DNA of 63,632 nucleotides, the filler included, from Aduncisulcus paluster (lineage: Eukaryota): assembly GCA_024181965.1 (NCBI GenBank). It is 23 parts of 23 records of this genome, joined end to end, with 100 filler letters (N's around TTAATTAATTAA, not from the genome) between each part and the next. Parts side by side here need not be neighbours in the genome. Positions count along the whole stretch, not along the records: positions 1 to 29,488 come from BQXS01010309.1; 22 more parts are not named here. One strand, given 5' to 3'. A program made the translations under genes and the position numbers. The number at the start of each line of letters is the position of its first letter. Positions within the stretch are counted from its first letter, which is position 1. The notes beneath the pieces are model-generated. The model searched no databases. It was not told the origin of the DNA and was given only the letters and a program-made list of their open reading frames with translations. Below, in pieces: positions 10,522 through 21,923 of the stretch.

Positions 10522-13500
10522 ATGAGCGATTCCTATGAAGATAGCTTTTCTGATTCGGTTACGCCTACTGATAGTGAAATACATCAATCTTTTGTAATAC
10601 AGGATGAACATGACCCATTTGAGAGTGGTGAAAGTATAGAAATGAAACATAAAATGCTAGAAGAAGAAGAACCGCCAAATACACCAATATCTCCGGCTAT
10701 TCTCTCAGCTCTAAGAGAAACTTTCGTTACAGCATCTCGAAGTGAAAATTTGGCGACAAAAATCATTTCAACTGTTAATTCTAATACATGCAATGATGAA
10801 TCGTTGGATATACCTAAAGCTCTGCCAGCTCATTCCTCACAGACAACACCTCTTCATACTTCTACAAAACCTACCAAGAAATCCCCAATTATTCCGTCGT
10901 CTCCTTTTTTATCTGGGCATATGGGCAGTACAATTGATCGGATTCGATCAAAAGTTCGGTTCAAAGGNNNNNNNNNNNNNNNNNNNNGAAGAACCGCCAA
11001 ATACACCAATATCTCCGGCTATTCTCTCAGCTCTAAGAGAAACTTTCGTTACAGCATCTCGAAGTGAAAATTTGGCGACAAAAATCATTTCAACTGTTAA
11101 TTCTAATACATGCAATGATGAATCGTTGGATATACCTAAAGCTCTGCCAGCTCATTCCTCACAGACAACACCTCTTCATACTTCTACAAAACCTACCAAG
11201 AAATCCCCAATTATTCCGTCGTCTCCTTTTTTATCTGGGCATATGGGCAGTACAATTGATCGGATTCGATCAAAAGTTCGGTTCAAAGGCTATGGTATCC
11301 CCCGTGTTGTTGATAATAGTATTTATAAGATTATTGAGAATGCTGAAGCAAGTTTTCATGCCAAATTTAGTGCATTTAGTCGGAGAGTACATACATTTGA
11401 TGATAGTTATAGTGATCAGAAACATGTGATTCAAGAGAAACGTTTGGCTCTCCTTCGAAAGATCATGAAAAATGGAGGCTCTCCAATTCCATCTCCAACC
11501 CCTCGTTCTTCGCGGCCACAGCTTTTAGTTGCCAATAAGCGTGAGGTTGAGCGTGGTATGCAGAGACTTCGATTGGCTCCTCGACATAACGCCTTTACTT
11601 TGCAAGAACAGGTTTCGGTCTTTGATAAACAAATCAAACGTCTTGATGATTATCGTCAACATGCATTCGAGAAGGCTAAAATCCGTGTGCCTCGATATAG
11701 TAATATCATTTCCAATTATCTCACCCTCAAATATGCTGCCGCTGTCAAAGAACAGATGTCCTTCGGGTCAATTCGAAAGATTCATCCACAGACCGTATAT
11801 ATTGCCTTTGTCATTCCTGCGTGTGATTTTGGACATAACAAACATATCCTCCTATCCCATACTATCCGAAGTATATGTAGACAACTCAAGACTTGTTTCC
11901 ACTTTCCTTGTATTAATATATGCATGTGTCTATATGGCTGCGGAAAAGGTGGGTCAGATTCCCACGTTATTGAGTTTACTACAGATATAGGGAAGATCTG
12001 TGCTGATTTGAAGGATATTTGCGTCAAAACAGAGGATATCCAGGTGAAAGAGAGGAGAAAGAGAGGGGGAGAATCGTGTGAACTTGGTACAGCTGAATCT
12101 GGCAATATGTCAAGCAAGATCCTCTTCCGTGGACATATCGACAGTTTCTATGACAATCTTCATTCTTCCGCGCTTGATGCAATGTACACTGCTGTAGACA
12201 GAGTTGTGATGAGTCGTGCATATGTCCAACATTCGATAATGGGAATTGAACCACATCCTATGGTTGAGGAGGAGAAGTTGAGAAGAGCAGAATCTCCATC
12301 GTGTTCCATTGTGTTCCATCTTGTCAATTCGCTCCTTTCTTTGGATGACCGTGAAGATTCAATCATTCGACCTGTTCGTGCTCTTGGTGTGGCTGGGATT
12401 GATTATGTGTGTTGGAGTTTTTCTGTGACTCACAATGAGATCCTTGAGGTTCTTGTTAACTCATATACGAAGGGAAAAGAGGATGAACAGAGAAGACAGA
12501 TCGAAGAGGGACATGATGGACAAGTCCATTATGCAGCTGCTTCCCTGATCGATCCCTTGGTATTCTCCGAGAGTTCTCCTCAGCATAGTGTTGTCACTCC
12601 TGCTAAATCAGGAATAGATGGTGCATCTGAGGATCGGCTTTCATCTACACTCGTTCCTAAATCATTATATCTTCGGTCTTCTCTTTTGTCTTATGAACTA
12701 GGTCGTCGAGTGATCGAAACTGCCACCAGAGTATATGGACCTGGAAAATTATGTATCAGAGCTGGAATGCTTCCAATTCGTTCCATGCACACCCTTTTAA
12801 ATATTAATCCTCAAACATTAACTCGTCTAAAGCTCAGTGTTGAAGATATTGAAATTAAAGACCGAAAAAATATTGTTGCTTCATTACCTGAAACGGTTAA
12901 ACGTCAAGTTTTAGGGGTAGCAAAGGAAGACTCTGAACGTATTATTGAATTTCTACGACTGGCTAAGGCTGGCTTTGACGAGTTGCCTCGTTTGAGTCCC
13001 TTTCCATTTCTTATTGGAGTTAGTGAAACCGTTTGTGGAGGAAGTGTGAAACCATGTGTGAATGAAGAAGAGGAATTGAAGAAGAAGCTAGCAGAAAGAA
13101 GGAAGAAGAGAGCTGAGGAAAGAACAAAACGGATTGAAGATGAGAGAAAGAAAAAGAACGCAAAAAGTAATCTTGCGATGAAATTGNNNNNNNNNNNNNN
13201 NNNNNNCTGGCTAAGGCTGGCTTTGACGAGTTGCCTCGTTTGAGTCCCTTTCCATTTCTTATTGGAGTTAGTGAAACCGTTTGTGGAGGAAGTGTGAAAC
13301 CATGTGTGAATGAAGAAGAGGAATTGAAGAAGAAGCTAGCAGAAAGAAGGAAGAAGAGAGCTGAGGAAAGAACAAAACGGATTGAAGATGAGAGAAAGAA
13401 AAAGAACGCAAAAAGTAATCTTGCGATGAAATTGGATGAATTGTTGACACCAAGATCAAAAGCTCAAATTCAAGAAGAATCGAAAGAATCAACAGTATCC

Positions 13501-14979
13501 ACTCCAGTCAGAGATGATGCTCCCATTTCTCAGCAAGGAGTTTCTTCCCCACCAACGTTGTCGTTAACTCATATTCGTCCCTTATGTCTCCTTCCTGTGG
13601 TACCTTCATTGCGGCATCTTCATGCTCAGCTTGCACTGTCTCCCGGCCGTGTTGTAGATGCATCTCTTCCTGCAAGCGTCAGTGTGAATCCCTTGTGTGA
13701 TATTGATACTAGAGACCATGCAAAAGAGAAAGAGATGGCGTCTTCTCTGGCACCATATGTGAGACAGTCTCCTTTGCAAAGTAATCATATATCCACGCTT
13801 CCTATGGCCAAAGATAATCCTGCTTTGAACTTTGGGGCCTATGAAGTGGATTGGATTCCAACAGGAAGTAAGAACGGATGGACAAGAGTCCTCAAATGTG
13901 TTGCCGAAACCATTGTACTCGGACAAGGGCAATATGGTAAGCCACCAGCAGGAGGGGGTGGGACTATGCCTTTCAAGGAATTAATTCAATTGCTTAAAAA
14001 TGTTCGATGTGGATTATGTTCATCGCGAGATAAGATTCCCAACACTCGACAAACGATGTGTCATCTCCAAATCCAGAAACAAGCATGTTATAGAGGACCA
14101 TCAGTCGCTATATTTCGCTGCAGATTGATGGAAGGGCACTCTGGGTTGCCTCAACCTGGAAAATATGTGGTTAAGGTTTTCCATTCACAGCCTCATGATT
14201 GGCAGACATATGCAGAATATGTTGTATGTGCAAGTATCGCAAATACACTTGGTACACAATATAATACATTACTCAAGAAAAGATTACCCAAAAATGGTTC
14301 TTATTTGCGTGTCTTTTTTCCAATGCCTTCACTTATCATTACTGGTGCCCCTGATTTCCCCTTTTTGATTCTTGAACAGCTTGTTGAAGGATCATTGGGG
14401 AGAACAATATGCAAGGATGAGGCGGAAATTGCAGCCGAAAAGAGTTTGGAAGCCTTCTCTCATTTCTCATATGTGTTTTCTCAAAGGAAATTCCTTGTCC
14501 AGGTTACTGATTATGGGTTGATGGAAAGTTCTTACTCAAAGAAGCGCATTTCAAAGAAACGAATGGCTAATTCTGATGTTATCCTCTCCTCAATTCCTTT
14601 TACTTCCACCACTGGTCCCTCTGGCTTTTTACAATCGCCAGATCCTCGGTTTGATTCCATTTCAGTTCAAGGTGGCTATGATTTTGTTCGTCTCCAATGC
14701 TGCACTCCTGTTGTGCACTTTGCTGACCCATGTATTCTCTCCGATCGTACAAGAGAACGCGTTCGAGGAAGTGATTGTGGGAGGGGAGGATGTGGAATTG
14801 CTGGGATATTGACATATTTTACTGTTGTTGATCACTCATGTTCACGGCTTTGTCGAGCACTCGGCTGTTCTCCATTCTCAAGGGAAAGTGTGGAGATTTC
14901 CTTGATTGATGGAGATCAATACACAAAACTTGAACTTGTTGAAAATGATACAGAGTTGGATGTGACTGATGGAGCTTAA
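10522..14979 (+). CDS. vWA-like domain plus alpha-kinase (eEF2K/MHCK family)-like protein, about 1295 aa after collapsing two assembly duplications
   Basis: Alpha-kinase motifs YVVKVF, ILEQLVEG, EAFSHFSY and G.CG..GI..YF...HSCSRLCRALG. Duplications 10666-10967/10988-11289 and 12959-13186/13207-13434 flank 20-N gaps. The collapsed length is 3888 nt, in frame. Confidence 0.8.
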
Positions 14980-14996
14980 ACATCACATATCAACCA

Positions 14997-16385
14997 TTAG
15001 ATGATTGAAACATATAACCTGTCAGGTGATATTGAGAGGACCACTCTTCCGGTTGCAGAGCATATGATTGGTTCGCAGTCAGCTCCGGGACAATACGATC
15101 TTTCAGTAACCTTCCATTTCGATAATTCTGAGGGTCTTGAAACTTCTTCTATATGGGGAAGAATACATACTTGGCCTAGAGAGGTCGTAAGTCCGAGATC
15201 TGCTCCACAGTCAAACATATCCATTATCACACCTCTCATAATACGTTTGGAAGTGATGGGCGCAACCATATTCCTGATATCCCAACATTGCACAACCCCA
15301 TCGTTATCTCCTGTTACCAGAGTTTGATCCGCCCAATGAACACAAGAAAAGGGGGAAGGGGATCCATCAGTTGAATGAATTGAACGTTCAATAGATTTTA
15401 TGCTTGCTCTTTTTCTAATATCGAATAAATGTAACTCACCACCACAGACACAAGCTATTCCTTTGTTCAATGTACCCCTTTCAATGCCATCATCAGAAAC
15501 AATATCAGCCTCACTACCTTCCAAAAATAGGGGATTTGTTGGTGAAAGAACACATGCATCTGTGATTGCCCGATCAAGTCCTTTTGGAACCGGGACAAAA
15601 TTTGTCAGAGTTTTCTGAGTTCCGACGTCAAATAATCTCATAACGCCATCCAAAGATGACGTTACTATATTTCTGCCGCGATCAATTGTACTTAATGAAG
15701 TGATAGATCCTTTATGACCCCGGATGATAGCAGCTTCTTGTTTCCGTGCGAGATCATATATCCGAACAGTCATATCGGAGCAACATGCCCAGCCTACAAC
15801 ATTAGAAGGGAAATATCCAACAGAATTTATACAATATCCCTCTTCTAAACTTGACGAAATGGACTTAAAACTCATTTCAGATGTGTGGTGTGTCGGAAGA
15901 ACTTTGAGAGATTGACCTTGAGAACCTTCAATTAGCTCTGGAAGGGGTGGAAGATCAAGTAATTTTAACTGATTTTCAATTGAAATAAGACAATTTGTCG
16001 CGTTTTTGTGAATACATGCTGATTCGATTCTATGCTTAACAGGAAAGTCAAATATTGGTGGAATTAAAGTTGAAGAGAGTTTGGAAGAATCTTTTAATAA
16101 AATATTAATTTGCAGGGTGTCTATCTGAGGATAAAAAAATAAATGACAAAAAATGGTCAATCAATATAGTACCAGACATTGAAGAAATAATAAAAAATTA
16201 AAACATACATCTGAATGGTTTAACACAATATCCTTTGAATCAGCAATAAACTCCTTTGACTTATATGAAATGGAGAAATGACGCTCATCCCCTAAAGATG
16301 GTGATTTTTCTTCATTCCAGGCACAAAAAAAAGAATCTGAATCTAAACTAAAACATTCAAACCAATCGTGTTGGAATCGAAACAT
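14997..16385 (-). CDS. PAAF1: WD40 proteasomal ATPase-associated factor PAAF1/Rpn14-like; two exons (16385-16209, 16124-14997)
   Basis: N-terminal FRFQHDW (cf. LRIQSDW), WD40 repeats (GHKGSITSL..SSLDGVMRLFD) and C-terminal GADCEP motif. A phase-0 intron 16208-16125 (GTATGT...TCCTCAG) joins the two track ORFs. Confidence 0.8.
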
Positions 16386-16488
16386 AACAGTGCAGAAAAC
16401 GTTAATCCGTTCAACATGTTTTGATCAAGTTAATACTGACCATCGACAACATGACGCTTAGAGTTTAACAATACATATACATATTTAT

Positions 16489-17832
16489 TCAAATTGTTAA
16501 TTCAACATCCTCGCCAAGAATTTCTGAAGCCTCGTCTTCGTTTTCAAGAAGAGCGGCATCATCTTCGATTTCTTCTTCTTCCTTGCTCTTTCCTTCGTTT
16601 CGAGCATCCATTTCACCATGAGATTTGCTGTCGAGAAATTTCAAAAAAATGAATGAGGCTAGTGTAACAATGGTAACTACAACAAAGATTATCTCATCTG
16701 TGGCATAACTGCCAGTCTTTTCTTTAACTGATCCAACAATTGCGTTGAATATACTGCTTGTCAACATTTGGACGGCAGTCATTAAACTAATAGCTGTTCC
16801 CACTTCCTTGAGTCTTACGATAAGTGATGCACAGGACCATACAGTGGCACATATCATACTGTAACTAATTCCGAGTAGTATCATTCCAACGAGAGGATAT
16901 ACATCAGTGAAAGCAAAGAGACAGTGCGCTGGAATAGCGATACAGGTACCAATGATGGCAAGAGATATTCTACGTCCGATAGTATCAACTAATATGCCCA
17001 GAGGGATTGATAAAATAAGACTAACATCGTATACAGCACCACTTATCCATGATGCATGTACATCAGAAATATTTGTCCATTTATCTTGGATATAATCGGT
17101 GGATATTGCAATAAAACAGAATACACTAACATAATATAGGGCCACTGAGATATACAATATCCAAAGGCGAAGGGGGAAATTGAGAACATCGTTAAAGACT
17201 ATTTTCTTTGAGGGCGTAGTGGCAGCTGATCCACTCGTTTTTTCGTAGTTTACATCCATAAAATATACTAATGTCACAGATATTAATGATAAAATACATA
17301 AAATTGACGCAAAAAACACGCTGAAGGGCACACTTGTAGCATTAGTCAACGGGGCCGATATCCAGAAATTCAATACAGATCCTAATCTTGAAGCTGTGAG
17401 AATGATACTAAAGCTCATTCCAAGATGTTTGCTCCCTTTGAAGTAAAAAGCGACGATGGCTTGTTGAACAACAGTTATTAGTCCACCGCCCATACCATAT
17501 ATCGCTCTTCCTAGCACCATAATGCCATATATTTTAATAGTTACACCAATGGCAAATAACAACACTCCAACGTTAACGAGACCTGAAAAAAGAAAGGAAC
17601 ATGCCCTAACACCAACTTTATCGATAAAAAAGCCGCCAAATATCGTTGAAATAGAATTTGCTATGCTATAAGCAGAATATAAATAGGCATATTGTTCATC
17701 ATTTATGCCTGTAAAGGCCTTTAATTCTTTGGAAATGGTACTTGGCTGATCAAAGGCAAAATAACTTCCAAAAGTGAAAAAGCATGCACATATAAGCACC
17801 CATATTCTTAATCTTGTGAATTGAACACTCAT
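16489..17832 (-). CDS. MFS transporter, MFSD1-like
   Basis: About 12 TM helices, FGSYFAFDQP, GGFFIDKVGVR and GILVDTIGRR MFS loops, acidic C-tail with EDDAALL dileucine-like signal. Confidence 0.85.
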   Translation of the reverse strand: MSVQFTRLRIWVLICACFFTFGSYFAFDQPSTISKELKAFTGINDEQYAYLYSAYSIANSISTIFGGFFIDKVGVRACSFLFSGLVNVGVLLFAIGVTIKIYGIMVLGRAIYGMGGGLITVVQQAIVAFYFKGSKHLGMSFSIILTASRLGSVLNFWISAPLTNATSVPFSVFFASILCILSLISVTLVYFMDVNYEKTSGSAATTPSKKIVFNDVLNFPLRLWILYISVALYYVSVFCFIAISTDYIQDKWTNISDVHASWISGAVYDVSLILSIPLGILVDTIGRRISLAIIGTCIAIPAHCLFAFTDVYPLVGMILLGISYSMICATVWSCASLIVRLKEVGTAISLMTAVQMLTSSIFNAIVGSVKEKTGSYATDEIIFVVVTIVTLASFIFLKFLDSKSHGEMDARNEGKSKEEEEIEDDAALLENEDEASEILGEDVELTI

Positions 17833-18317
17833 ATTCAATCAAAACGAACTTCGTTTTGAGTGACTCATCACCGAGTGATTTATGAGTCATAAATATCAAT
17901 ATTGAGTCTTTACAAAACGAGAATTTTATTCGAATTAAAATGTGATTGAATAAACAAGAAAAATCATCAACATGAAGCCAACAAAACTCCGCTCTCTTCC
18001 TACGCCCCGTCATCTCTCACGTGTGACAATGTGAACGTATACTGTGAGTATCGAAACAATATTGTTGTTGTAACACAAAAGAATAAAATCAAAGAATTTA
18101 CAACGAAAGGTATTATTGCTAATGAAAAACAAGACAATGTGGACTCCACATTGTGGAGTCGCCATATTGACTAGCCACACAGGATATAGCAGAGCTACAA
18201 TAGAACCTTTATGGTACCAAGAAAGAGAGAAAGGAATTAAATTATAAACAGCAGGTTCTTCAGGTAGAAAGGGGCAATTTCCACGAATATAATCATTTAA
18301 TTACAATAGATCATCTC

Positions 18318-18815
18318 TTATTTTATATGTTTTCTAATATATTCAAGAATTTCTATTACTCCATCACCAGTGGAAGTACAAGACGGTTGAATGGTTGTAT
18401 TATGCTCACGAATAGAGAAATATTCTCCAATTTCGGGGGCAATCATGGCATCTGGGAGGTCTTGCTTATTGGCCGCAATAACTATTGGTAGAGAGGTGAG
18501 AGATCGGATCATATCATAGATCATTTTTGCCGATTCAATGGATGCTCTATGAGATTCAACAACAAATATAATACTTTTGCAATCACTTATGAAGAATTGG
18601 CGCCATTTTGATAAATCGGGGTTTGTGGCTGAGATATCGAATGACACTAATTCTAGGTTTCGATATTGCAAACCATAGACCAATTCACCGTTTGAATGAT
18701 GATCGAAAAATGAAATTGTGGAAGTTGCAATTGTTTTCAGGAAAGTTTTTTTTCCGGCCATAGGAAGCCCAATAAGTGCAATTTCATTCTTTGGTTTTGA
18801 TATAGCACATCCCAT
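18318..18815 (-). CDS. Divergent Arf/Arl-family small GTPase
   Basis: MGC N-terminus, GLPMAGKKT P-loop, WRQFF, IIFVVES, ANKQDL and SCTSTGDGV. Confidence 0.8.
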   Translation of the reverse strand: MGCAISKPKNEIALIGLPMAGKKTFLKTIATSTISFFDHHSNGELVYGLQYRNLELVSFDISATNPDLSKWRQFFISDCKSIIFVVESHRASIESAKMIYDMIRSLTSLPIVIAANKQDLPDAMIAPEIGEYFSIREHNTTIQPSCTSTGDGVIEILEYIRKHIK

Positions 18816-19209
18816 ATGTTTTAAAAATGTGGATGAAAAAGAAAAAAAAAATCAAACTCTTACAAAAAGGAGGTAAATGACGAGGCGGCAACCGGCGATA
18901 GCGCCGGCGGATGAAAATTGCCAATCTGTTTTTCACAGTTTCATTTGTTAATGCATCTGAATTAATTGTTTACTTGCCTCTCCGCTATCATTAATTTATT
19001 GTAACTTGCTACCCCAAAAAATGGCAAGCATACATTCGACCCATGACTCGTTTCGAAAAGAATATACTGACAAAAAGTTATTGGCAATAGTCACTTCGAA
19101 AAGTGTACTTTTTATTTATATGACGGCAAACTCTACTTCGATGAGTTTAATCAGATTAAGTTTATCTAAAGTCGAATATGTCTCAGATAAGAGTTATGAG
19201 GAGATATTA

Positions 19210-19430
19210 ATACCGTATCTGGTGACCATCTCCTAGATGTCGAGTCGACAGTGTCGTATACCATGATGATGAACTCACATCTAAGACAGTCTGATGTGAA
19301 AAGGTGGAAATCGGTTTATTTCGGAGATTGTGTTCTCATGAGGTGAGGCATGACCATCTCATTTAAGGTTGTTGATCAGGTATGAACGGGGCATAACCTA
19401 TGCTTTTGGCTGAGTGGTTACTCTCCGTTT
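19210..19430 (+). ncRNA. Candidate structured ncRNA, possibly U3-like box C/D snoRNA
   Basis: ACCAT-GATGATGA (19260-19272) and CTGA-GTGGT (19410-19418) form a terminal stem around box C'/D-like motifs. Box-A-like GACCATCTCCTAG, box-B-like CTGATGTGAA and several hairpins lie in an otherwise non-coding interval. Confidence 0.3.
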
Positions 19431-19497
19431 TAAAACCCCAGTTGGCGAGTTGAAAAAAAAAAACTGCGAGAATAATGTGAGCGAAAGAATGTACTCA

Positions 19498-20949
19498 TTA
19501 GTAAATCCCAGGTAATATTCGATATTTTACGATTTTCATGTATTCACGATATCCATCTCCATATTTCTTCAGACATTTCTGTTCATCTCTGAAAGCTCTA
19601 TGAATCAATAGGATGGTTAGGAATATTGGATAGAAGAATGGAAGAAGCCCTTTCTTGAAGCCTCCTAAAAGACCCCAGGACCAAGCGGCGATTAACTCAA
19701 AAACATATTGGAAATGTCTAGCTATTCCCCAAAACCCTGAAGCAAGGAGTTTGGTTGTTTTCACAGAGGAGATACCTGTTAGAGGATCAAGAACAGAATA
19801 CTGCACGTTAACAGCTCTTGCAGGCTTCCCGAATATTTTGACATTTCCATTTTTCTCTCTGAATATTTTCCTCTGTTGATCTGCCCAGTAATTGACAATA
19901 ACTCCAGAAAGACTCGTGATAAAGAATATAATTGCAAGCCAAGACGGAAGACCCGATGGAGTAATCACAGAACATCTCATATGAAGCGTGTAAAGAGCTG
20001 GGACAAAACAAACGCAACCATATCCTTCCATGAACCCATAATAATCCATGACGATATCAATTGATCTCATATATCCAATTTCCCACATGAAAAATTTGAT
20101 CAAATAGATAGAGGTGCTGATAGTGCAGAAGAGCAACCCAAAGTCGACAGAATCGTGGAGTTCAAGAGATTTTGCAAAAAATGACCACCCTGACAACATC
20201 CAAAATGTCATACTAATACGACAATTGATGAATTTCTTTAAATCAACACCTCCAACACGGGGATATAATTCGGTACCTGCGAAGAACAGGAACATGAACC
20301 TAGAATGGCCAGGTTTACCTCCATCAGAGGTTGAAGGGAAATACACTCCTTTAATAGTAATAAAAATAAAGAAAATTAGACCGAATAAAGAAAGAGAGGC
20401 AAGGAATGGATGGAAGACGTCAAAAATAATTGTTGGCTCATATAACTCCAACCCATAAGAACCAAGAAAAAATAGGGCAGAAAATAATACCAAATGTGCA
20501 ACACCATTGTCAGTATATTCTGGGCGGTGACCTGTTTCAGTCAGAGGGCCATAAGCGACGGGACCCGGATAAAAATAGATCAGGAGAGCAATTAAGCAAA
20601 AGCAAGAAAAGAAATTCCAAGAAGCTTTGGTTCCAAGAATATTAGGCCAAATAGCATCCCAAATTGTTTTCCAGAACCCGTTTTCAGCGAAAGAATCCAA
20701 CAAAGCTCTTGGTTTTGAGGAAGGTAATTCAGTGGTCATATAGGACAGAATGATATTAAATGGTGGCACAATGAGGATTAATAACGTAGGAATTACCCAA
20801 AACTTGAAAAACTTTCCAAGGCCGCTATTAGAAACCTTTGCTCCACATGACAATTCGGAGCTCAGGACAGGAGGCACTATCTCTTCAACTGAACATTCTT
20901 GATGTTCAGTTAGACTTTTTTTCATTTCTTTTTTCGTGAAAAGCCCCAT
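19498..20949 (-). CDS. DHCR7: 7-dehydrocholesterol (sterol delta-7) reductase, ERG4/ERG24 family
   Basis: YTDNG, GTELYPR, DLKKFINCR, KFFMWEIGYMRSIDI, LLASGFWGIARHFQY, LLIHRAFRDEQKC..KYG and YRILPGIY. Confidence 0.88.
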   Translation of the reverse strand: MGLFTKKEMKKSLTEHQECSVEEIVPPVLSSELSCGAKVSNSGLGKFFKFWVIPTLLILIVPPFNIILSYMTTELPSSKPRALLDSFAENGFWKTIWDAIWPNILGTKASWNFFSCFCLIALLIYFYPGPVAYGPLTETGHRPEYTDNGVAHLVLFSALFFLGSYGLELYEPTIIFDVFHPFLASLSLFGLIFFIFITIKGVYFPSTSDGGKPGHSRFMFLFFAGTELYPRVGGVDLKKFINCRISMTFWMLSGWSFFAKSLELHDSVDFGLLFCTISTSIYLIKFFMWEIGYMRSIDIVMDYYGFMEGYGCVCFVPALYTLHMRCSVITPSGLPSWLAIIFFITSLSGVIVNYWADQQRKIFREKNGNVKIFGKPARAVNVQYSVLDPLTGISSVKTTKLLASGFWGIARHFQYVFELIAAWSWGLLGGFKKGLLPFFYPIFLTILLIHRAFRDEQKCLKKYGDGYREYMKIVKYRILPGIY

Positions 20950-21923
20950 TGAAGACAATCAAATTGGGCCAAAAAGAATAAAAGAGCAGGTTTCAGTCAA
21001 ATTGCGAAAAACCGGCCAGAGATCCGGCTAAATCAGTCCATAAATAGGTTAAAACATTAAAAACTATTAGTAAAGTTTATTTTTTTCATATTTTTAATTT
21101 CGTGATGATAGACTTTTTTCCTGACCTATTTAAGAAATAGATAGATCTTATTAAGATTAAGATTTCGCTTTTCGATTGCAACCTGCTCGATGAATTTTTT
21201 TTGCGACTATGTCGCACTGCGACTTTTTCAATATTCTAAAAACGTTAAAATTAATATCCTGTGAATACCCTTATTCATTTTTTATTTTTTTTATTTTTAT
21301 CTGCTTGCTTAATAGAGCCATGGAGATGAAAATTAAAAAAGCGTCTGAGTTTTCTGGAATTTTTATAAAATAAATATAATAATTATACACAATTAAACAT
21401 ACGCTGTATTTTTTATTTATTTTTACATCCCTTATTCATTCGCTTCTGGCCCGGAAGTCAGGGGAGTCACCTGACAGAGTTTTGTGCTTTTCCATTAGTA
21501 TTTGAATAATGTTCTTGGAATCAATTCGATGTTTGAAATAAGTCTCATGTGGACCGTTTGGATTTGCAGTGAGAATCATTCTATTGATGATCTATATAGC
21601 GATATCATGAAAGATCATCTTTCATAATGATTATTGTTATTTTGTTGACGAAATACTTGGTAACGTATTATAATTTTATTTAAACTGTTTTATGATTTTG
21701 ATATGATAGAGTCTAAAAGTTTACAGTTGGTCATGCCAACTATTTTTGTCATCTCAATCTCATCGAGATATTTTTCCTTTTTTTGCCCTTCATGTGATCT
21801 TCTTCTTTGTGGAGGGTCGGGTGGGAGTTATTTCAGGTAAACTAAGAAAAAGCCCCTGCTCTTGTTCCAAAATGGATTTCCATTCTGATTATGGAGACGT
21901 TGATCCTAGTGGATGTTTCTCCA

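Noticed and set aside
4741-15915. Numerous 60-150 aa ORFs nested in or antisense to Spt6, the alpha-kinase and PAAF1
   Set aside because: Shadow ORFs with no recognisable motifs.
19428-19441. TAAAACCCCA as a telomerase RNA template
   Set aside because: Too short, and the host telomere repeat is not visible in this window.
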